In this document: positions 10,852 through 19,857 of the stretch, piece by piece
Position numbering within the stretch: position 1 is the first letter of the stretch
Layout of the letters: every line of letters starts with the position of its first letter
Virus record (IMG/VR): IMGVR_UViG_3300021256_000008
Span: 21,079-85,078 of that record
Length of the DNA stretch: 64,000 nucleotides
Direction: 5' to 3' (one strand)
Origin: a virus
Taxonomy: Duplodnaviria > Caudoviricetes
Notes under the pieces: generated by a model
The model's input: the letters and a program-made list of their open reading frames with translations, nothing else
Told to the model about the DNA's origin: nothing
The model's database searches: none
Program-made: the position numbers and the translations under genes

Positions 10852-11397
10852 TTATCCTCTTGTGTTATATTTGGCTCGCCGCTGTGCATTTAAAGCTGAC
10901 CATTCGGCGGCGAGTTCCTGTCTGCCTCGTTTCTTAGGTGCCTGGCTCTTAACCGCGCATGTTTCAATCAAGGTTAACAGGTGGTTTAAATGCCATTTAG
11001 CGCACGGATCAAACGGGATATTGTAATAAGTCATCCAGAAATAAATCAGCTCATTGGTCATGCTTTCTCGAGGCGGACGCTGCGGTCGTTTCGGGAACAC
11101 CGTGGCAGTTTGCGAATCGGCAATATAGTCTGCAATCCGCTTCTTCATTCTTTGATCGATCGCATAGAACACGTTGGGATCCACGTTTCTGGTGGTGCAC
11201 ATGCATCGAATGTAATCCGTGAATTCTTCATCAGTTTTCGGTTTTCTGGAAAGATAAGCCTTATGCCATTTAGCTTCCCATTTTGAAATGCTGATGAGGC
11301 TGTGTTCCAGTTCAAGCTTTGTATATTTTGTCACTACAAAGCGATTGATCCGTTCGTCATAAAATTCTTTTTCCGGAATGACAAGCGGAAGCGGCAT
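10852..11397 (-). CDS. Tail assembly chaperone, second part (GT-like)
   Basis: Immediately precedes the neck and TMP genes; ELIYFWM..YNIPF...W motif is typical of downstream chaperone segments. Confidence 0.6.
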   Translation of the reverse strand: MPLPLVIPEKEFYDERINRFVVTKYTKLELEHSLISISKWEAKWHKAYLSRKPKTDEEFTDYIRCMCTTRNVDPNVFYAIDQRMKKRIADYIADSQTATVFPKRPQRPPRESMTNELIYFWMTYYNIPFDPCAKWHLNHLLTLIETCAVKSQAPKKRGRQELAAEWSALNAQRRAKYNTRG

Positions 11398-11403
11398 TGC
11401 CGT

Positions 11404-11898
11404 TTAAGCCTGCTGAGCAGTCGAGAGTTCCTTCAGTTCCTGAAGATTCACGCCCTGCTCAAGCAGAAGCTTCTCCGCTTCTTCCTTTTGTCCTTCATCC
11501 ATGTTCGGAAGGATGCTGTCTGCAAAATCATTCAGACTTTCTTTTCCGGTAAGCAGATCAAATACGAAATTATCGTATGCCGGCGTTCCGCGGAATTTCT
11601 GTGCATAAGATCTTCCATAGTCATCTTCTTTCAGAAACAGGCTCGGGTCTTCCTTCGGACGGACACCGTATGCCTTGGAAACAAGAACCCGGACAAAGCG
11701 AACAAAAGTGTCTTTCGGCGGCTCGTTCGGATGTTCCTTGGAATCCTTGATGAGGGACGTAAGATATGAGATCAGACCGCCCTGATCTTCAAAAGCTCTG
11801 TCGAGATCGATGCAGTCGTTCTTACTAAGGTTAAAATACGCGTCAATTGTCTTTTCATTTCCGTCATAATCGACATAATTAAATACTTTATGAAGCAT
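11404..11898 (-). CDS. Tail assembly chaperone (G-like)
   Basis: Directly downstream of the major tail protein; acidic helical 164 aa; SD AAAGGAG. Confidence 0.65.
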   Translation of the reverse strand: MLHKVFNYVDYDGNEKTIDAYFNLSKNDCIDLDRAFEDQGGLISYLTSLIKDSKEHPNEPPKDTFVRFVRVLVSKAYGVRPKEDPSLFLKEDDYGRSYAQKFRGTPAYDNFVFDLLTGKESLNDFADSILPNMDEGQKEEAEKLLLEQGVNLQELKELSTAQQA

Positions 11899-11919
11899 TG
11901 CTCATTTTCTCCTTTCGTA

Positions 11920-11952
11920 TAAAAAGAGAGGCTCCCATTTCTGAGAGCCTCT
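11920..11952 (-). terminator. Intrinsic terminator after the major tail gene
   Basis: Minus strand AGAGGCTCTC-agaaat-GGGAGCCTCT followed by CTTTTT. Confidence 0.8.
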
Positions 11953-11969
11953 GAAATATAAATCTGGGA

Positions 11970-12665
11970 TCAGGAAGCGTTCTGAATAATGGTAAGAACT
12001 TCGTCAGGCAGAGGCAGACGGGGCGCGGTTCCGGTTCCGCTGCCCTCACCGTCTGTGCCGTAAAGCACGTCTTCGATCGCCTTCAGCTTAACATTCTTTT
12101 TGCCATCCTGCTGGGGCGGGAACTTTGTGGAATCAATAACCATCATAGCGGTGGGCTTATGACCAGTCACAGCAACGGGGATGGTATCGACTTCCCAACT
12201 GAACTGAACAGCTTCGGGACTATCATTGATGGTCTGATAGCTCTTTTCGGACGGGGAAGCGGTGGCGCCCCAGACCAGATGAATCTTGTAGCCGTAATCT
12301 TCGTACTTGGTATCGTTACCGATCGTGGTGACCCAGCTAAAGCCGAAGGGCTTACGAGGCTGCTGACCGATGGTAACGCCATCCATAAGGGTGGCGGAGC
12401 CGTCGCATTCTGCAAATTCGTCCGGATATGTATAGGCCTCGATGGTGGCCTTGTAGTTCTCCGCGCTGCGAATAGAAAGATACTTGATATCGTCGGCGTA
12501 GATATCATTCGCTTCGGCACCGTCCGGAGAATCCGTAACCGCGCTCAGGCCGTTCCAAGCGACACCGGTGGAATAAACGCCGTTTTCCTGAAGATAAAGA
12601 ACACCCTGCTTGGTACCGGTTTCATAAAACCGTTCACCGACGGCATCCCATGTAAGTTTACTCAT
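11970..12665 (-). CDS. Major tail (tube) protein, 231 aa
   Basis: WDAVGERFYETG..GVLY, GVAWNGL..V, YADDIKY, YKIHLVW; typical siphovirus MTP at the expected position. Confidence 0.9.
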   Translation of the reverse strand: MSKLTWDAVGERFYETGTKQGVLYLQENGVYSTGVAWNGLSAVTDSPDGAEANDIYADDIKYLSIRSAENYKATIEAYTYPDEFAECDGSATLMDGVTIGQQPRKPFGFSWVTTIGNDTKYEDYGYKIHLVWGATASPSEKSYQTINDSPEAVQFSWEVDTIPVAVTGHKPTAMMVIDSTKFPPQQDGKKNVKLKAIEDVLYGTDGEGSGTGTAPRLPLPDEVLTIIQNAS

Positions 12666-12679
12666 GTGAGTTGTCCTCC

Positions 12680-13000
12680 TTAATAATAGATGGTAAATGG
12701 AAAGTGATAGAGATTATCAGTTACCGTGGGCCTACCAGGAGAGCAGTAGCTGAAATGCTTCAGTATGGCTCTCGGTAGCGCCGTTTCAGCATCTCTGCTG
12801 ATCACCATGACCTGGTACTGATCACGAACGATATAGTTTTTGTCATTGGCTTTTACAGTGTCATAACCAGTCCGCTGGTAAACCACTGCGTCATATTTCA
12901 TGCGAACCGATTCTGGTGGCTCAAAGTAAGTATGCTGATAACCGAGAATTTCTTGCTGCAGATCCCGCAGTTCTTGATCAAGTTTCAGGCGTCGGTCCAT
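12680..13000 (-). CDS. Tail terminator-like protein
   Basis: YFEPPESVRMKYDAVVY motif; between head closure and MTP; start moved to MDRRLKL at 13000 (SD GGAGGG). Confidence 0.65.
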   Translation of the reverse strand: MDRRLKLDQELRDLQQEILGYQHTYFEPPESVRMKYDAVVYQRTGYDTVKANDKNYIVRDQYQVMVISRDAETALPRAILKHFSYCSPGRPTVTDNLYHFPFTIYY

Positions 13001-13316
13001 TGTAGAGCCCTCCAAATGAAATTCTGAGCCGCGGGTATTCAACCATTACGCTCTGCACTTCCCATAACGTGTTCATAAACTCAACGTACTTCATGGACGA
13101 GAAGTGATTCAGCGCGTATGGATCTGCAACGATGGAAATATCATTGTTAATGGTAAAATCATCAACAGTCTTGTCGGCATTCTGCGTTTTCGCGTAATTT
13201 TTCAGAAGCTCGCCGGCGTAATATCGCTCTTCAAGTTTCGGTTCGTAACGACTCGGGCGTTCCGCCATCTCAGCATCTGTTTTTAGAAAGCCGATTTTTC
13301 CATAAAAACGTGCCAT
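12978..13316 (-). CDS. Head closure/stopper protein
   Basis: 112 aa directly after the capsid gene; ISIVADPYA...KYVEF...WEV..V...YPRL pattern. Confidence 0.65.
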   Translation of the reverse strand: MARFYGKIGFLKTDAEMAERPSRYEPKLEERYYAGELLKNYAKTQNADKTVDDFTINNDISIVADPYALNHFSSMKYVEFMNTLWEVQSVMVEYPRLRISFGGLYNGPTPET

Positions 13317-13370
13317 AAAATCACTTCTCTTCCATTTTGATTAGTTTCGTCTAACCGCTGATTAAAACGA

Positions 13371-15386
13371 TTATGCAACTTCCTCTTCGAGAACGATGAA
13401 GGAGTACAGACGAGTGGTCGCACCGGAAACGCGGGTCTCGATCAGAGACTTCAGCTGGTTGAAGTCAATGTCAAAGTCGGTGAAATGAGTAATTTCGCCG
13501 CCCTTGGTGGAACCGATGTTATAATCATTCAGGTTACCGATGATAGCAAGCAGACGATAGGTCTTTGCACTTGCGCCTTCGCCAACGGTACGGGTCAGAT
13601 TCTCGAATTCGGGAACGTTGTAAACGCCGTTGACGCCGAGCGTAGAGGTGAGTTCAGCCTTATCCTTGTACAGACGACGACCGTTCAGATCCTTCGCGAG
13701 CTGAATCTTATTGAAGAAACGCTGAGCGCAGAACATATCCATGTTGCCAGAACCACGATAATCGATCATAGCATCAAGGATGGTCTCCTCGACGGCCTGA
13801 GCATACACATAGTTCGCACCAAAGCCCGGATCATTCTCTGCGGCGGTAGCAGAAACAACCTTACGAATGGTGTAAACGCCGTTGTCGGTCCAGATAGGAC
13901 GAATGCGATCTTCAAAGATCTTATCGTCGTCGTTGAGAGCACGACCATCGCCGATCAGGATAGCACGAGCAAGTTCCTTCTCGAGCTGCATACGGTCAAT
14001 GCCGTACTGATAAGTGACATAATCGAAGTCGGTAATATCAACAACGTCATCACGGTTCAGGGCACTCTTGGCATAGATAGTCTGAGGCTCGGTGGTACGC
14101 TTCACAACTGCATAGTTCTCAAGCAGCGTCTTAGCCTTACCCTTCTGATAGCCCTTTGCACGGAGACCGTCGACCTCACGAATATCAACATAAGAAGTGC
14201 GAACACGGCTAAACGGGCTACGATGGACCTTGTTAAGAACAGTCTTAACCCAAGCCTGATCGTTGGTAACGAGCTCCGGAGCGCCCGGGCGAACATCATG
14301 CCACTCGGGGAACAGGGCATCCACACCGGCCGGAGTCTGGCCGGAGGGATAAGAGGTGAAGCCACTGACCGGAGCCAGATCGTCATGGCTCAGAGAATTC
14401 TGTTCGGCATAGGCATTGAGGGCCTCTTTGAAGCTGCCATACTTTTTCGCAACGTCAATAATATGCCCCTGATCCTCATGAGAAATATAGTTGGTCGGAC
14501 GGGCGGCATCAGTGTCTGCAAAAGCGTTAAAATTCATGTTATCTCCTCCAATATCATCATGTTCGACATTATCGTCGTCACTGTCTTTGCCTTCAGCTGC
14601 CTTAGCAACAAGGAACTGAAGGACCTTCATCTGCTTAGAATTCATAGTGTTCAGAACATCCTGAACAGTTTCATCTCCATTATCTTCGTCGTCGGCATGC
14701 TCGAGAACTTCACCTTCGTCGGGGTCGTTGAGATCATCGTGCTCAACTTTGTTCTCTGCCGCCGCCTGAGCGACAATAAAAGAGACGACTTTACGCTGCT
14801 TATCGGTCAGGGTGTCAAGAACATCCTGAACGGTTTCGTTATCGTCCATGTCTTTTTCTCCTTTTTCATTCTTGTCGTTATCATCATCGTCGTCGTCAGA
14901 ATCTGCATGAGCAAGTTCCGGCGGATAATCATCGCCGACATAAATATAAGCTTCATCCATGAGCGTCTCGCAGTCGTCACCGTGAACGACAACGGGGTAG
15001 ACAATCTGAGCACCCATATTGGCTCCGGCAAGCACAAGGCTTACTTCCTTAATTGAACCGTGGAGAACATCTCCGCCCTGCTGCTGCAGCTGATTGGCCC
15101 AAATAGAAAGTGAAGTAATATCACCGTGAGCAATATCGATCTTTGCAGATTTCGCCAGATCGCTGTCATTGAGATACCCATAAAAGAAAACGCCCTCAGG
15201 TCTGTTCTCAAGATATCCATGTCCGAGAACTGCCTCAGGGCTGTCGTGATTGTGTCCCCATACAATTGGGACCCGCTGTCCGTCCTGGTGGGCGAACGCA
15301 TCGCGTCTGATCGTGCGGCCGTCAGAACACCGAATATCGTTTCTGGTGGCCCAGCCGCAGAAATCATAGCCTTTGTACTTAGCCAT
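13371..15386 (-). CDS. Fused prohead protease-scaffold-major capsid protein (HK97 fold), 671 aa
   Basis: N-terminal HK97-type protease (GWAT.NDIRCSDGRTI, WGHNH, LSIWAN, EVSLVLAGAN); acidic middle with two helical repeats; C-terminal capsid domain (ELARAILIGDG, FDIDFNQ.K.LIETRVSG). Confidence 0.9.
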   Translation of the reverse strand: MAKYKGYDFCGWATRNDIRCSDGRTIRRDAFAHQDGQRVPIVWGHNHDSPEAVLGHGYLENRPEGVFFYGYLNDSDLAKSAKIDIAHGDITSLSIWANQLQQQGGDVLHGSIKEVSLVLAGANMGAQIVYPVVVHGDDCETLMDEAYIYVGDDYPPELAHADSDDDDDDNDKNEKGEKDMDDNETVQDVLDTLTDKQRKVVSFIVAQAAAENKVEHDDLNDPDEGEVLEHADDEDNGDETVQDVLNTMNSKQMKVLQFLVAKAAEGKDSDDDNVEHDDIGGDNMNFNAFADTDAARPTNYISHEDQGHIIDVAKKYGSFKEALNAYAEQNSLSHDDLAPVSGFTSYPSGQTPAGVDALFPEWHDVRPGAPELVTNDQAWVKTVLNKVHRSPFSRVRTSYVDIREVDGLRAKGYQKGKAKTLLENYAVVKRTTEPQTIYAKSALNRDDVVDITDFDYVTYQYGIDRMQLEKELARAILIGDGRALNDDDKIFEDRIRPIWTDNGVYTIRKVVSATAAENDPGFGANYVYAQAVEETILDAMIDYRGSGNMDMFCAQRFFNKIQLAKDLNGRRLYKDKAELTSTLGVNGVYNVPEFENLTRTVGEGASAKTYRLLAIIGNLNDYNIGSTKGGEITHFTDFDIDFNQLKSLIETRVSGATTRLYSFIVLEEEVA

Positions 15387-15495
15387 TCATCATGACCTCC
15401 TATAGTATCGATAAACTTCCATTTTGATTTTGTTCCGCGTCATCGTTTTCATGTTCCGCATACTAGAAGTCGAAAATTGGAAGCTTCTCTATAAT

Positions 15496-16902
15496 TTAAA
15501 ATTCTCCCTGACTAAAACGTCTGAGTCGTGCCAGGGCATCGTCCGGCGGAAGTCCTTCTGTTCCGGCACTGTTACCGCTTTGAATATTCTGAAGCCGGGT
15601 TATGGCGTCGCCTTCCGGTATTTCAGTTTCTTCATCCATCGAATTTTCTACTGTTTCGTCGGCAGGAACGTCTGCGCCTGTCGCGCTCGGATTCACCTGC
15701 ATGTCAATCGGCATATTCGGGTTCATCAGCATATCGGCGCCTTCCTGATCGGAGGGTTTAAAGCCGAGGATACCGCGCATCTCATTCGACGCCAGAATCT
15801 GATTTCGTATGAGCGTATCTCCGAGCTTCGCAACTTCGGTCGGAGGAACGACTCGGAACGCATTATAAAACGCCATCATACGGTGCCCTTGAGTATAAGC
15901 CCACTGACTCAACCACTTTCGGTTAATTCCGTCCGTAAGTGTAGTAACCAGAGGCTCAATCATTTTCATGACATAATTGATAAGCATCTGTTCATTTGCT
16001 GTATTATTCAGAATTTCTGGAGCCATACCAAGCTGATCATGAAGTTGTTTAGTCAGCGTATCGATTTGAGACTGAAGATTGTTTTCAAGCGGCCGCCCAA
16101 GCTGGATCACCTTTTCAGAAGCGTCTATATAACCAATCCCATAACGCGAACCGGTTAATTGCTCTTCCAAATCACGCGTTCGTTCTCTGGCGCGTTCTTT
16201 CTGTGTATCATGACGGGTAGAATATGGAAGCTGAATGATCATGTCCAGCTTTCCGGATGCCGTCTTTTCATCCAACTGGTCAAGAATAGCGAGTTTTCGG
16301 CGCAGTCTCTGCATCAAAGAGTTTGGAGCATTCATAATATCCCAGAAAGGATTTTGAATGATGACACACAACTGCTTTGGAAAACTTATCTGTTCTTTCT
16401 GACCGGTCACGTCGTTATATAGCTCAACATCAATTGCGAATGGATGCCAGCCAATAATTTTTCCGACGCGCGCTGTTTTAACCGTTGTGACACTGAGCGT
16501 AGCCCAATTGATGTCTGCAATAATTGGACAGATTGCAATATAACCTTCATCAAGAAGCGACGCATAAATATCTTGCTTGAACTCTCGACCAGACTGATCA
16601 AGGTTTGCTTCTCGAATAAAAAGACTATTAAGCTCATCCTTAACGTCGCTTTTATAGCGATCAGATTCATCAAGTTTAACATGACGAATATCAATTGCTG
16701 CTGCATCAACGGCCATACGATTTAAAATAGGCGCAATAATAGACCGTTCGCCACCGGCTCTTGGCCTTCGACGATCCGGCCTATAGGAAGATGCGTAACT
16801 GTAATATGTTACTTCGCGCGGACCCGTTGTAGTCGGATCCCGATTTCGAAAGGCGTTCCAAGCCTTTTGAATTCGTTCACCCAATGAGGGCAATGGAATC
16901 AC
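15496..16902 (-). CDS. Portal protein, 468 aa
   Basis: Between terminase and capsid genes; NR.AVD.A.IDIRHV and GKLDMIIQLPY, typical portal size. Confidence 0.85.
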   Translation of the reverse strand: MIPLPSLGERIQKAWNAFRNRDPTTTGPREVTYYSYASSYRPDRRRPRAGGERSIIAPILNRMAVDAAAIDIRHVKLDESDRYKSDVKDELNSLFIREANLDQSGREFKQDIYASLLDEGYIAICPIIADINWATLSVTTVKTARVGKIIGWHPFAIDVELYNDVTGQKEQISFPKQLCVIIQNPFWDIMNAPNSLMQRLRRKLAILDQLDEKTASGKLDMIIQLPYSTRHDTQKERARERTRDLEEQLTGSRYGIGYIDASEKVIQLGRPLENNLQSQIDTLTKQLHDQLGMAPEILNNTANEQMLINYVMKMIEPLVTTLTDGINRKWLSQWAYTQGHRMMAFYNAFRVVPPTEVAKLGDTLIRNQILASNEMRGILGFKPSDQEGADMLMNPNMPIDMQVNPSATGADVPADETVENSMDEETEIPEGDAITRLQNIQSGNSAGTEGLPPDDALARLRRFSQGEF

Positions 16903-16911
16903 CTCCGAAGT

Positions 16912-17946
16912 TTATGATTTCTTAGATTTCAGAAGAGGACCAAACAGATTGGAAAGCTCTTCACCGGACATATTCGACAGAAACTCCCATTCTTCCATTT
17001 CGTCGTGCATTCCATCGACGATGTTCTGTGCTGTCCACATCTGATACTGTGTATATTCCCCGTTTTTGTATCCCTGCTCAATTTCTTTAAGCGCGTCTTC
17101 GGCTTCCTTGATCACCTGCTGGGCCTGCTGTTTTCCGTTATCCGCCCACTCCTTCAGTTTATCCGGGGAAGACGGAATTTCAGTTGCATAGCTTCCGAGC
17201 ATGGATCTGGTTTCGCTATTGGAATTAGAAGGAGAGCCGTTATGGTCTTTCAGTTTCTGCTGAATTTCTTCCTTGGCCTTTCTTGCTGTTTCTTTAGCAT
17301 TGGATGCTACTTCAGATGCTTTTTCCTTAACATCATCTGCCGCATTTTCAACAGCTTCTCCTGCCTCGGCGACCTTTCGTCTTGCCATCTCGGCTTTCAT
17401 GCCGGCTGGGTGCTTCTGAAGCTCGGACCAGGCCTTTTTCATGCGATCTTTAGAAGCCTCGCTGAAGTTTTCATCGGAAGCCTGTTTTCCGGCGTCCTGA
17501 TACTCCTTATATGCTCTGGCGGAAGCCTTGGCTTCATTAACCGCACCCGAAGCCTTATTCTTAAACTCGTTCCCGATCTGTTCGGCACGGGTCCTGGCTT
17601 TGGAAGCTTTTTCCTGCGCTTCGCCCATTCCGGCTCTGGCCTTTTCCTTAGCTTTATTCACCGTTTGCTGAGCGGCAGCTTTCTTTTCAGCCAGATACGC
17701 CTTAAGCTCTTCCTGCGTATAGAAATATCTGGTACGCCCATTCTCTTCAATCTTCTGAATGTACTTATGGGTGGTTCTTACGCCCCTGCCGACACCCTGC
17801 TTTACAGCGCCAGCTGCTGAACCGACTGCAGATCGTGCAGTTCTTAAGGCTCCGCTTGTGCGCTGTCTTATATCGGAAAGCGATGCATGCGCAATGTAAG
17901 GACTTCCATTTTGATCGAACAGTAGAATGTAATCGTCTTCATTCAT
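16912..17946 (-). CDS. Ala/Lys-rich putative internal head protein, 344 aa
   Basis: N-terminal DYILLFDQNGSPYIAH; HKYIQKIEENGRTRYFY motif; long low-complexity helical body; lies in the head module. Confidence 0.55.
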   Translation of the reverse strand: MNEDDYILLFDQNGSPYIAHASLSDIRQRTSGALRTARSAVGSAAGAVKQGVGRGVRTTHKYIQKIEENGRTRYFYTQEELKAYLAEKKAAAQQTVNKAKEKARAGMGEAQEKASKARTRAEQIGNEFKNKASGAVNEAKASARAYKEYQDAGKQASDENFSEASKDRMKKAWSELQKHPAGMKAEMARRKVAEAGEAVENAADDVKEKASEVASNAKETARKAKEEIQQKLKDHNGSPSNSNSETRSMLGSYATEIPSSPDKLKEWADNGKQQAQQVIKEAEDALKEIEQGYKNGEYTQYQMWTAQNIVDGMHDEMEEWEFLSNMSGEELSNLFGPLLKSKKS

Positions 17947-18019
17947 TCCTTACTTTCACTCTCCTTTCTGTTATGTAATGCTAACATCGGAGTCATCCTC
18001 CATTTGTTATAAATAGAAA

Positions 18020-18832
18020 CTAGTTCTTCTTGAAATGCTCATTAAGTTCCGAAATAAGAGCATCCTTATACTTGTTCACAAAGCTAGTGACATGCTCTTT
18101 TTTCTCATCGGTAACTTCTTTCAGTGCAATCTGCGCAAAATCGCCGGTCTCTTTAAAAAACGTCTTTGCGGCTTCTCTTTTCTCACGCTTGGCCTTCTTG
18201 ACTGCCTCACTAGATGCATTCAAATCCCGCTTGGCATTAGCCTTTTCGAACTTAATCGGCGGAACCGCTTCAAAAGCACCAACGTGCATCGCCAGAGCCT
18301 GTAAGCCAACGTTTTTCATGTATTCCTTGAAATTATCTTTTTTGGCTTTCCGAGCACGTTTTGCTTCGGCCTGCTTTTTCTTATAATCTGCAAGTGCCTC
18401 AACTGCCTCAGCATACTCCCGTTCCTTCTGATTCTTTGGAGCAAAGCCAGTTCCGCCGGTCACAGGAGTAGAGCTATTAAGCCCGTCTCCGCGTTTATAG
18501 ACGCTTCCTTCTTTCGATTTACCGGTCACTTTCTTAGAATGTCCGACAGGACGCCTGCCTGGAGTGGTAACGGTGCCTCTTCTGAATTTATCAGATCCTT
18601 TACCTTCATAAATGCCGCCGTTTTCCGAAACTGATCTGGTACCTGCACTTCGATTACGCTGATAGGCATCCCATTCCTGCTTACTGTAGAAATAGCGTGT
18701 TTTCAGACCGTTCTTTATTTTCTCATAGTACTTATGATCTTTCTTACTTTCATTTTGATTCTGTCTACGAAAGAAGGCATGAGAAATGTAAGGATGACCG
18801 GATTCATCAAAACTCACAATATAGTCTGACAT
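18020..18832 (-). CDS. Basic putative internal head protein, 270 aa
   Basis: N-terminal DYIVSFDESGHPYISH; HKYYEKIKNGLKTRYFY motif shared with 16912-17946. Confidence 0.55.
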   Translation of the reverse strand: MSDYIVSFDESGHPYISHAFFRRQNQNESKKDHKYYEKIKNGLKTRYFYSKQEWDAYQRNRSAGTRSVSENGGIYEGKGSDKFRRGTVTTPGRRPVGHSKKVTGKSKEGSVYKRGDGLNSSTPVTGGTGFAPKNQKEREYAEAVEALADYKKKQAEAKRARKAKKDNFKEYMKNVGLQALAMHVGAFEAVPPIKFEKANAKRDLNASSEAVKKAKREKREAAKTFFKETGDFAQIALKEVTDEKKEHVTSFVNKYKDALISELNEHFKKN

Positions 18833-18848
18833 ATCTCTTCACCAGTTC

Positions 18849-19295
18849 TCAAAGATGTCTTAGATACATCTGATTAGTGGTACGTGAAACGCGATTCATA
18901 AATTCCTGACCGGCTGTAATGATACTCGGATCCAGAGTTACAACACTCTGTTTGCCGAATTCCTTCTCCATTTGCTGTACCCATCTGGCGCCTTTTTGTG
19001 CTGTTTTAACGGCACGTGCTGACTGCACTCTAGACTTCGCGTACTGCTTTTGAGCGTAATTCGGAGACCGGAATAAAACTCTGGAATCCGCTGCTGCGCC
19101 TTTTGCCATACGCTTACGGGCCTTCTCGTCGTGCTTTTCGATCTTTCTCTGGAACTTTCCGACTTTCTTGGCGGCTTTCTCATAAGCCCGCTGAGGATTA
19201 TGCCGAACGCCCCATTTCATACCGAGAACACCGTAATGAGCGAGACTTGGAGAGCCGTTTTCATCATAGGATACAATGTAATCGGACATAATCAA
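18849..19295 (-). CDS. HxGxxGxKWGVR-motif protein (DUF7211-like), 148 aa
   Basis: SLAHYGVLGMKWGVR followed by a highly basic region; the DUF number is from memory and needs checking. Confidence 0.6.
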   Translation of the reverse strand: MIMSDYIVSYDENGSPSLAHYGVLGMKWGVRHNPQRAYEKAAKKVGKFQRKIEKHDEKARKRMAKGAAADSRVLFRSPNYAQKQYAKSRVQSARAVKTAQKGARWVQQMEKEFGKQSVVTLDPSIITAGQEFMNRVSRTTNQMYLRHL

Positions 19296-19852
19296 TGCTC
19301 CCTTCGAACTGTATACTTCTTTCCTGTAACAAATCCGGAAGCATCCGGTTGGTTGTATTTAGTGGCCTGATACGCATTAATGCTGTTATACGCCAGATTA
19401 CCCGGAATACCCGCAAGGGCATGGGCCAATGCCGTTTCACCAGCAGTTACAAAACGGTTGTATTCCTTGCTGTTAATTGTCATCCCTTTATTGCTTGCAT
19501 CAGAAAGAATCTTACTTACAAGCTTTTCGCCGGAACGAATAGCGTCGTCATATTCCTTGGCTTTTGCGGTATGCTCTTCATACTTATCGTCTTTACTCTT
19601 CTGATAAGCTTTTTCAGCTTTGATCTTTTCTTTTGCGCTTTTGTAACGAAGGCGAGCATTTTCGGATTCGATCTTATTCAGGCTTCTCTGTGTACTACTC
19701 GCGCTGTCTGAATTATACCGTTTCTTTCCGGCATCGGTTAACGTACCGTCCTCATTTTGATACCGCCGGACGCCCCATTTCTGTCCTTTGATACCATGGT
19801 GAGCGAGGTAATCGTTTTCATAATAATCCATAAAGTCGCTCATGGTTATCAC
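19292..19852 (-). CDS. HHGxKGxKWGVRR-motif protein (DUF7211-like), 186 aa
   Basis: YLAHHGIKGQKWGVRRYQNEDGTLT. Confidence 0.6.
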   Translation of the reverse strand: MITMSDFMDYYENDYLAHHGIKGQKWGVRRYQNEDGTLTDAGKKRYNSDSASSTQRSLNKIESENARLRYKSAKEKIKAEKAYQKSKDDKYEEHTAKAKEYDDAIRSGEKLVSKILSDASNKGMTINSKEYNRFVTAGETALAHALAGIPGNLAYNSINAYQATKYNQPDASGFVTGKKYTVRREH

Positions 19853-19857
19853 CTCAT

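Noticed and set aside
13485-15056. 523-aa plus-strand ORF, and the many other plus-strand ORFs in the track
   Set aside because: Antisense shadows of well-supported minus-strand genes, with no SD or recognisable motifs. Only 29992-30588 has a promoter, SD and signal peptide.
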